Source: Thermoproteota archaeon (GTDB lineage: Archaea; Korarchaeota; Korarchaeia; Korarchaeales; Korarchaeaceae). From it: a stretch of 64,000 nt of DNA. Every line of letters begins with the position of its first letter. Position 1 is the first letter of the stretch. The translations under genes were made by a program, and so were the position numbers. The notes beneath the pieces are model-generated. The model made no database searches and was not told where the DNA came from. It was given only the letters and a program-made list of their open reading frames with translations. The DNA is taken from positions 7,369 through 71,368 of the forward strand of contig JAOZFN010000006.1 in assembly GCA_027492205.1 (NCBI GenBank), given 5' to 3'. Positions 57,242 through 64,000 of this stretch are shown piece after piece.

Positions 57242-59917
57242 ATGAACTGGAGAAAGGCAGCCTTCGCTGCCCTGCTGGCCGTTCTAGTGGGAGTCTCTGT
57301 GCTCCCGCTGACGGCTTCGCCTCTGATAAGGGAGTTCCCGAAGCCATTCGTGCAGGATGGCACCATAGACTACGATGGAGACGGAGTGCCTGACATAGCC
57401 ATTATAATCGGAGGGCAGAAGCCGGGTCTCGCAGCCGCAGCCGAAGACGTCAGGGGAGCGACCCTGATAGGAACTAAGATAGGTTCCCACCTCTACTACA
57501 CGAAGGCGCCGAACACCAAGGGTACTGACTACTGGATCGAGGAACTCACCGCCGACGTGTGGCACTACACCTACAAGAGGTGGAGCTGGGGCGGCTCCAA
57601 CGCAGACGAGGGGCTGTGGTTCCGCTTTGGCGACGGAGTCACCTACCCACCGTTCAGCAACACCTACCCCAACCAGTTTGCTTATCCGCTTGATACCGAC
57701 ACGTTCGCACCCGACTACCTGCTGGTGGCCACCGAGTACGTGAACGAGACCATTGAGGAGGTTCCTATCTGTCCTGGCTGCCCCAACTTTGGAGTCAACA
57801 AGTGCGAGGCCCCCGTGCTCGTGTACAGCGTTGGATACGCCCTCACCGGTGATGACAAGAAGACTCTCGGCGACAACGTCCTCTTCGCTGACCTCATGGA
57901 GAATGGCGGAGCTACGTGGATAATCACCGGTTACGACCCTGCCGACTATCCTGGCTATGCTGGCCCGCTTGGCGGCGCTGTCTATGTCTACTACAACGAT
58001 GGGTTCAACTCTACTGCGGGTTCGGGGAGCACTATAGGGGCTGAGGACATCTTCAGCGGCAAGACACAGAACTACACGCTTAACAAACCGGGCTTCGCCA
58101 TGCTGTTCAGCACAACTCCCGTGGGCACCGCCATCCTCGAGGAGGGCAAGGAGTACTACGTCCCCTTCCTGGGGTACTGGATAGAGGTGGACGATATAAC
58201 CCCGGAGAACGCTTCATTCATAGTCAGGGAATCTGAGGGCGGGCCAATCAAAACCATGCTCAATCTTGAGTACAGCACAGACTCGGAAGGCAATGTGAAC
58301 AAGCTATTCATATATCTAAATGACCTCGCGGAGAACAGGCTCGAGGGAGCAGGCTACAACATGGTATTCTTCCTCTACATATACAGGATCGACACCGACG
58401 ACGACTACATGGAGGTCATGCTTAGCAGCCCGTGGATCGACAAGCACATCTTCGAGAGGATCGACCTCGACGACGACGGCGTGGTCGACATCACAGACCT
58501 CGAGTACTCATGGCCAGCCGACGCGCCGGTAAGCGCCTTTGACTGGTGGATTGAGGAAGGTTACTTCGTTGGCTACGTCATCATAAACGGCTCCGACATG
58601 GGTCCGTTCTCAGTGAAGATGGATCCGTGGGACAAGCTGCCTTACGATCACATCTATGGCATCGTGAGCTACACCTACCCAGGCGACGACAGCATCTACT
58701 GGTATGTGATACCCGAGAACGGCACTTGGCACCTAGGCGAGAAGAAGACCTACGGCAGCAATGAGTTCATCTTCGATAACAAGGAGGTCTTCGAGGCCTA
58801 TGACGATGGAACCGCCGATTGCGGATCCCCCGACTGCTTGGCGAGGTCCGACTTCGGCGTCTTCCTCTACGATGAGGGCAACGTTGACATAGAGACCGAG
58901 GTCTGCAAGTGGACTGACGCCCTGACCTACCTCATGGTGAACGAGGCCTACGAGATCAATCAGACCCTTGACGACTTCACATACGGCGTCGATTCAGCGG
59001 TGGCCCTCTACGAGCTCCACGAGATATTCCCCATCAACGTGACTGGCGTCTTCGCGGGTGTCTACGATAGGTTCGAGAACATCACCGGCAACTGGACTGG
59101 CACCACCCTCCTCGACGAGTACTATAGAGATATAACGCCCGCCAGCGAGAAGAACCAGATCTTCGAGCTCGAGGATGTCTTCAGCTTCGTTAAGGCGCCT
59201 CTCGTCTGGCTCGACTATCAGTTCCTTGACGAGAACTACCAGTTGGCCGACAAGGCTGAGGAGGCAGGCCTCCCGAACAAGAACCTGATACTTGTAGGTG
59301 GTCCGGTGGTTAACAGAGTCGTTGACTATTTGAACGACAGCGGCTTGCTGTGGATAGTCTACGTCGGTGATAGACTCTACGACACTAGATTCACACTTGT
59401 GACGAGTAAAAATCAGATAAAGAATGGCTCGTTTGGAGACATAGTTGTAGGGGGACAGATCCAGGAGGATGGTTACTTAGACCTTTCCAAGGTAAGTATA
59501 ATGGTAGGTGCACCCACCGCGTCCTTCATTGGCGGCTTAGGAGTCATCCAGTATGCCAAGGATGATCCATGGGGTGAGGAGATGGGATACAAGGAGAATT
59601 ACATTCTCGTCGTAGCTGGTAACAATAGGTATGGTACCTACGCGGCGGCCGTGACTCTAGCCGACCCAACTAAGATAGTCAGGGTGCCGACAGATATCCC
59701 CATGACTTACTACCTCGCAGGGAATGACACTGAGTACAAGGTAGAGCCTAACCAGATCGTAGCTCCAGAGCATCCCCCCGCCGTAATAGTAGTTGCTCTG
59801 CTGCCTGGATACAAGATGGCGATGGGGTACTCTCCGCCTACAAGATACAACATCGTTGAAATCACTTGGCCGACGCCGGTCACTTTCGAGCCTGTTTTCA
59901 CTCCGGCCGGAGGGTGA
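57242..59917 (+). CDS. S-layer glycoprotein with Methanococcus/Thermococcus-type N- and C-terminal domains
   Basis: Signal peptide; FPKPFV..G and I.IG....AAAEDV.GA..IG; acidic, Tyr-rich centre with many sequons; C-terminal NLILVGGPVVN and LVVAG.NRYGT.AAA; strong SD sequence ggaggtga. Confidence 0.85.
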   Translation: MNWRKAAFAALLAVLVGVSVLPLTASPLIREFPKPFVQDGTIDYDGDGVPDIAIIIGGQKPGLAAAAEDVRGATLIGTKIGSHLYYTKAPNTKGTDYWIEELTADVWHYTYKRWSWGGSNADEGLWFRFGDGVTYPPFSNTYPNQFAYPLDTDTFAPDYLLVATEYVNETIEEVPICPGCPNFGVNKCEAPVLVYSVGYALTGDDKKTLGDNVLFADLMENGGATWIITGYDPADYPGYAGPLGGAVYVYYNDGFNSTAGSGSTIGAEDIFSGKTQNYTLNKPGFAMLFSTTPVGTAILEEGKEYYVPFLGYWIEVDDITPENASFIVRESEGGPIKTMLNLEYSTDSEGNVNKLFIYLNDLAENRLEGAGYNMVFFLYIYRIDTDDDYMEVMLSSPWIDKHIFERIDLDDDGVVDITDLEYSWPADAPVSAFDWWIEEGYFVGYVIINGSDMGPFSVKMDPWDKLPYDHIYGIVSYTYPGDDSIYWYVIPENGTWHLGEKKTYGSNEFIFDNKEVFEAYDDGTADCGSPDCLARSDFGVFLYDEGNVDIETEVCKWTDALTYLMVNEAYEINQTLDDFTYGVDSAVALYELHEIFPINVTGVFAGVYDRFENITGNWTGTTLLDEYYRDITPASEKNQIFELEDVFSFVKAPLVWLDYQFLDENYQLADKAEEAGLPNKNLILVGGPVVNRVVDYLNDSGLLWIVYVGDRLYDTRFTLVTSKNQIKNGSFGDIVVGGQIQEDGYLDLSKVSIMVGAPTASFIGGLGVIQYAKDDPWGEEMGYKENYILVVAGNNRYGTYAAAVTLADPTKIVRVPTDIPMTYYLAGNDTEYKVEPNQIVAPEHPPAVIVVALLPGYKMAMGYSPPTRYNIVEITWPTPVTFEPVFTPAGG

Positions 59918-59934
59918 AAAACCCTTACCTCTAC

Positions 59935-59944
59935 CCCTTTTTTT
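59935..59944 (+). terminator. Oligo-T terminator of the S-layer gene
   Basis: cccttttttt about 20 nt after the stop; a TTTTCAC..GTGAAAA hairpin overlaps the stop codon. Confidence 0.5.
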
Positions 59945-60076
59945 AGAAAATTATGCATTACCGTTTTCAGGGCTGCGAATGTCTTATATTCCAGTAGCTC
60001 TTTATTCTTTGACCTAGCTTTTCCCTTACTCTACTTTTAACTGTTCTTTATATTAGATGGATAATTTATTCCTCTT

Positions 60077-60123
60077 TGTTGCCGCATTAATCAAAAAATT
60101 ACACAATTTATACTGCGGCAACA
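60077..60123. repeat. Perfect 10-bp inverted repeat flanking a 27-nt AT-rich spacer
   Basis: TGTTGCCGCA (60077-60086) and TGCGGCAACA (60114-60123). Confidence 0.85.
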
Positions 60124-60195
60124 CGCTTTGACGTCGAAGGCTAGGGTCTACGTCAGTTTTTTAGTCGCGAACGAACTTCCCACCCCAGGTCAAAG

Positions 60196-62652
60196 ATGTG
60201 GGTTGCTTGCCGGCGGATGGCCGTCGGGCGGAAGTTAAGGTCACTCACCCTTGTCCTACTGCTTGTTGTAGGTTCCGTCCCCACCATTTACGCTCAGCAC
60301 GAAGCTTCGGACTCCGTGGAAGAGGCGCTTGAAAAATATCTCACATTTTTAACCGATAAAGTTCCTCTTTCATCCGATAATCCCGGATCTCCCATGGCTT
60401 TTTCGCCCAACGGAATAATTTATGTTGAATACTCCTTATACGGCTGGGAGCCTAACCTGATGGTCAATGCAATGGCTCTAGAGACCTTCAGTCTGTTACT
60501 CCTTTATGCAAAGCCCCTTGGCATGGAGGGCGAGAGTAAAAGGCTTACTAAAGCTGAGAACTTTGGATCGGCCATAGCGGATTTTCTTCTCGGGAGTTCT
60601 GGCAGCTTATGGTCGGGAAGCGAGGGCATAATCGTTGATATAGACGTATCTTCCCGCGTACTGAGAGCTATTTTATGGAGCGTTAGAGCTAGGGTAGTAT
60701 CAACTGACGATAATAGACTTATTTCGAGCATATCATCACTCATAGCCTATCAGAGGCAGGATGGTGGTTGGCCAATTAATCCGGTTAACCCATCTGCTCA
60801 GTCTTATACGGAATCCAACGCTCTAGTGACCGCTCGCACCCTTACTGTGCTGGTCGAGGCTCATTCCTTAGGCCTGGGTGAGAGGATACCTGACTTGTCT
60901 ACGTCTATTGAGAAAGCTATTTCCTACCTAGAGGGAGGCGCCATTAGGTCAGGCGCTGAGGTTTACTGGAATGAGGTGACCTATAGGGGATTCACCAGGG
61001 ATCGCCTGCAAGTCACGGCCGAAGTGTCCGACGCCTTGGCCAAAGCGGCCCTTCAGGGATTTGAGGTGGATCAATCCATCCTGGCTGGCTCGGCCAAGTA
61101 CCTCATGTCCTACATGTCTATGTACCAGCCTGACTGGGACCTCGCAGTCCCGATCCTCCACACTCTGCTGAGGATGAGCAGCCTAGGGGTGGTAGACACG
61201 GAGGAGGTGAAAGTGCATGCGAGGCAGTACGTGGACGTGATCCTCGAGAAGCAGGATGACGAGACCGGGCTATGGTCGCCCCCTGGGTCCTTGGGAGACA
61301 TATTGACTTCTCTAGCGTTTTCCAGCGAGATCGCCAGGTTCCTGCTGGACTGGTCTAAGGTGAGCACGATAGACCTCCGGGTTGCGGCCTCCGGGCTTGG
61401 CTACTTCCCAGAATACGACCCCCCGAGGCTTGTGGAAGGCGGGGAGCTCAGGATATCTCTGGGCGTTGAGAACGGTGCACCCAGGTCCAGGACTTTCATC
61501 GTCGAGGTCAGGCTGCCTCCGGATCTCGAGCTCGTGTCCAACACCTCTAACCCCTTCGTCGTCGGCGCATACGGAAACGGCTCGTTCTCCATCAAGGTCA
61601 GGGCAGCAGGCGCCGTCGAGGGAGTGACGAACACGAGAGTTACGTTCTTACTCGAAGATCAGGCGGGCTACGTGCTTTACACTAGGCACTTCACCTTCGC
61701 GCTGGCCCGAGACGGGATGATAGAGATTCTGTCCAAGACGGTAAACCCTGGGAACGTTTCCCTCGGGGGCGTAGTCACGGTCACGGTGACCATACGGAAT
61801 AGGGGCGACCTACCTATCCAGGGCTGCGTCATAAGAGAGATTCTGGGAGATGGGTTCGAACTCCTGCCTCAGGGGGCCAATTACAGCGAGGTAGCCCAGG
61901 CGGCCACGATCGGCTACCCCTACCTCGGGTTCATCGAACCCGACCAGACCCTCTCCTACACCTACGTTGTGAGGGCGGCGGACGCCCCGCCCGGCACAAT
62001 ACTCCTCTCCAGGACCTCAATCGAGTATTCTGACGCGCTTGGTAACCCGAGGAACGTGACCAGGGAATCCTACGTGACAGTGAGGAGACCGATGGTCTCA
62101 ATGGAGCTGAACGCCACTGAGCTGGCAATAGAGTGGGGGAAGACGAGGGCATTCACCGTCACGCTGACGAACGACGGAAACGCGGAGAGTAAAGAGGTTG
62201 TGGTAGTCGCCACGGGAAACCCCAAGGTCTCCATATCTGTGCTGACCGAGTCCTCCTCTAACGCAACGGTGACGGCCCCGTCCGAGAGGGAGAGGAGAAT
62301 AAAGCTGGGACCACTGGAGCCAGGGGGCTCGTTCACCTTCACGGTGATCGCCAGAGCTGGCTCATTCTATCTATCTCCCAAGCAGGGCGATATCATCTCC
62401 CTGAGCATGAGGTACTCGGACCCGGGCGGGCAGGTCTTCAAAGGGTTCTCGGACGGAGCCGTGGTCGAGGTCACGGTGCTGATGTCCGCTAAGTTCAAGG
62501 TCATCTTTGCAGCCGTCGCCCTGCTGGCGATCACGCTCTTGACGGTGAGGGTGATCAGCTGGAGGCGGGCCAGGGCGCGACATAGGAGGAGACGTTATCC
62601 GACAAGGAGGAGGCCAGCCAGGAGGTCTACCAGGAGGATTCGCAGGATATGA
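60196..62652 (+). CDS. Large membrane-anchored surface protein: alpha/alpha-toroid-like domain with QW motifs, Ig-like (DUF11/CARDB-like) domains, C-terminal TM and Arg-rich tail
   Basis: Signal peptide; YQRQDGGW and KQDDETGLW; IEKAISYL; K.V.P..V..G..VTVTVTI.N.G and FTVTLTN.G. The start may be 60217. Confidence 0.75.
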   Translation: MWVACRRMAVGRKLRSLTLVLLLVVGSVPTIYAQHEASDSVEEALEKYLTFLTDKVPLSSDNPGSPMAFSPNGIIYVEYSLYGWEPNLMVNAMALETFSLLLLYAKPLGMEGESKRLTKAENFGSAIADFLLGSSGSLWSGSEGIIVDIDVSSRVLRAILWSVRARVVSTDDNRLISSISSLIAYQRQDGGWPINPVNPSAQSYTESNALVTARTLTVLVEAHSLGLGERIPDLSTSIEKAISYLEGGAIRSGAEVYWNEVTYRGFTRDRLQVTAEVSDALAKAALQGFEVDQSILAGSAKYLMSYMSMYQPDWDLAVPILHTLLRMSSLGVVDTEEVKVHARQYVDVILEKQDDETGLWSPPGSLGDILTSLAFSSEIARFLLDWSKVSTIDLRVAASGLGYFPEYDPPRLVEGGELRISLGVENGAPRSRTFIVEVRLPPDLELVSNTSNPFVVGAYGNGSFSIKVRAAGAVEGVTNTRVTFLLEDQAGYVLYTRHFTFALARDGMIEILSKTVNPGNVSLGGVVTVTVTIRNRGDLPIQGCVIREILGDGFELLPQGANYSEVAQAATIGYPYLGFIEPDQTLSYTYVVRAADAPPGTILLSRTSIEYSDALGNPRNVTRESYVTVRRPMVSMELNATELAIEWGKTRAFTVTLTNDGNAESKEVVVVATGNPKVSISVLTESSSNATVTAPSERERRIKLGPLEPGGSFTFTVIARAGSFYLSPKQGDIISLSMRYSDPGGQVFKGFSDGAVVEVTVLMSAKFKVIFAAVALLAITLLTVRVISWRRARARHRRRRYPTRRRPARRSTRRIRRI

Positions 62653-62708
62653 GGAGGCGTCTCTTGCAATGGCCCACCGTCGACGTTCTGATTCGGGAGG
62701 TCGTCATG

Positions 62709-63347
62709 ATGTCGAAGAGTCGTTCCAGGTTTGATGCCCGCGTGGGGGCTCTTCTCGCGGCGGTGATACTAGGGGCCGTCGGGGCAACGTACGCCTATTT
62801 GGCCTTCGTCTCCTCGAGGACGAGCGTTCCGTTCTCGATGGTCCTCATATTCGATCCGCAAATAGCGGCCAATCACGTGGAGCTCTACTCTAAGATATCC
62901 TACTCCCTCTCTGTCGTAGCCAACGTCATGACCGCCGGGGCCTTCGGTAACACCTCGCACCTGATCGTACTCGAGCTGAACAGGATGGCCGAAGCCCCAC
63001 GAACCAACTCGTCGTTTCTCGTCGTCAGAGGCCCTGAGGGCTGGCACCTGGAATCTGGCATCTACGTCATTAGAGAGAATTCAACCGTCGTCGTGGCCGG
63101 GAGAAGCGAAGAGGACTTGGCCATGGCGTTTGACAGGCTCCTCCTTTGTCTAACCGGAAAGTACGCGATAGATGTTGACCCCATTGGCCAGTACCTCGTG
63201 GTTGAGGTTCCCGGGAAGGGTCACAAGGTTGGCATACCGTGGTTGAGCGGGCGCCGGATCAACGAGGTACTCGGGGTCCCCGTCTTCGGCGGGACCGAGC
63301 AAGACGCCGCGCGCACCCTCCTGGACGGCCTGGTGGTCAACGGCTGA
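62709..63347 (+). CDS. Hypothetical single-pass membrane protein
   Basis: N-terminal TM, sequons and a VVVAG.S..DL..A.DRL motif; gggaggt SD sequence before the ATG (ORF track starts at 62649). Confidence 0.7.
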   Translation: MSKSRSRFDARVGALLAAVILGAVGATYAYLAFVSSRTSVPFSMVLIFDPQIAANHVELYSKISYSLSVVANVMTAGAFGNTSHLIVLELNRMAEAPRTNSSFLVVRGPEGWHLESGIYVIRENSTVVVAGRSEEDLAMAFDRLLLCLTGKYAIDVDPIGQYLVVEVPGKGHKVGIPWLSGRRINEVLGVPVFGGTEQDAARTLLDGLVVNG

Positions 63348-63425
63348 TGGCGGGCCCGGGGGGACTCGAACCCCCGACCTGCGGCTTAGAAGGCCGCCGC
63401 TCTATCCTTGCTGAGCTACGGGCCC
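63348..63425 (-). tRNA. tRNA-Arg(UCU), encoded CCA, no intron
   Basis: Acceptor GGGCCCG/CGGGCCC, anticodon arm GCGGC-CTTCTAA-GCCGC, T-loop TTCGAGT; 78 nt. Confidence 0.96.
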
Positions 63426-63492
63426 TACGTCTCTGGCCGAAGTCTGGAAATTAATAGTTGACCAAGGCGCAGGGCCGGAGGGTGGCCTCCAT

Positions 63493-64000
63493 ATGGGAAA
63501 TCCTAGAGCTAGTGCGCTTGCGGCGCTAATCGTGTTGACGCTCTTCACGCCTGCACAGGCATTTAGTCCCGTTATGCCCGTCTGCGCGGCCACCAAGACG
63601 TACGACTGGTTGGACATAGAGCTAGCCAACAACAGCGAGATGATGGTTGGACCCTTCAGGATAGTTGCCCACGTCTCGGCTGGCGTCGTCAACATCTACA
63701 TGCTTGAGATCTGGAAGGAACAGGAAGTCTGTGGAATATTTCAAGCCTCAAACCAGCAGGAGGAGGTGAAGGGAGTTGTAAAGGCCTACTGCAGAGGGGG
63801 AGGTCCCGCGGTATTCGAGATCCACCTCTACGGTACGGAGTCCACGACGGCGGAAGGAGGAAAGGTGAAGTTTGATGTAAAGAACAGCGTCTACTCACCA
63901 GAGACGAGGCTCACACTTCACCCAGTCACCCCGACTCAGCTGGTCTTCAACCAGACCTCGACAGTCGTGGACTTGACGGTCACGGTGCTGAATGAGGGGA
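63493..64000 (+). CDS. Secreted beta-rich hypothetical protein; runs off the window edge
   Basis: Manual translation MGNPRASALAALIVLTLFTPAQAF... is open to the end; signal peptide; ends in LTVTVLNEG (Ig/CARDB-like). Confidence 0.7.
   Translation, partial: MGNPRASALAALIVLTLFTPAQAFSPVMPVCAATKTYDWLDIELANNSEMMVGPFRIVAHVSAGVVNIYMLEIWKEQEVCGIFQASNQQEEVKGVVKAYCRGGGPAVFEIHLYGTESTTAEGGKVKFDVKNSVYSPETRLTLHPVTPTQLVFNQTSTVVDLTVTVLNEG

Noticed and set aside
57010-57393. 127-aa ORF upstream of and overlapping the S-layer gene
   Set aside because: It spans the promoter and leader, overlaps the real gene out of frame, and has no motif
59987-60000. TTCCAGTAG resembling an ORB core
   Set aside because: Single copy lacking the GAAA and G-string parts; not enough to call an ORB
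60030-60058. TTATATTAGAT resembling a Xer dif right arm
   Set aside because: The left arm is poorly symmetric and the spacing is 7 rather than 6 nt; kept only as an alternative hypothesis
56824-63425. Surface-gene block between two tRNAs, considered as an integrated element
   Set aside because: No integrase, no duplicated tRNA 3' fragment, and both tRNAs are complete with different anticodons
1-64000. CRISPR arrays, transposases, rRNA, SRP or RNase P RNA
   Set aside because: No regularly spaced repeats or recognisable sequences; intergenic gaps are nearly all too short

Overview
A gene-dense, high-GC archaeal chromosomal segment made up almost entirely of core information-processing genes. 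It contains t6A and tRNA-processing genes, the L3-L4-L23-L2-S19 ribosomal cluster, EF-1alpha/S10, GAPDH/PGK, a thermosome subunit, C/D and H/ACA RNP proteins and the RNA polymerase operon with single-chain RpoB and fused RpoA'A''. It also holds a PolD-RPA-PCNA-primase-GINS-L44e-S27e-aIF2alpha-Nop10 superoperon, three intron-less tRNAs with encoded CCA, and a cell-surface locus (S-layer protein plus secreted proteins) at the right end. The combination of fused RpoA, PolD, S30e, Elf1 and a two-unit EndA with a CSL-like loop suggests a Korarchaeia-like TACK archaeon (inference). No CRISPR array, transposase, integrase or rRNA was seen. The most interesting signals are: (1) a 58-aa stand-alone Fe-S domain of TFE-beta/RPC34 at its syntenic position between Gar1 and Trm1; (2) an EMC6/RAB5IF(OPTI)-like membrane protein fused to a roughly 200-aa ectodomain rich in N-glycosylation sequons; (3) an AT-rich intergenic element with inverted repeats at about 60.0-60.2 kb, inside a GC trough (origin- or regulator-like); (4) a Wzy-like gene in an operon with two paralogous single-pass proteins; (5) unusual RNAP bridge-helix and active-site residues; (6) a Gar1 gene that appears to need a CTG start, and a shortened Nop10. 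All family assignments come from motif recognition by eye, not from database searches.
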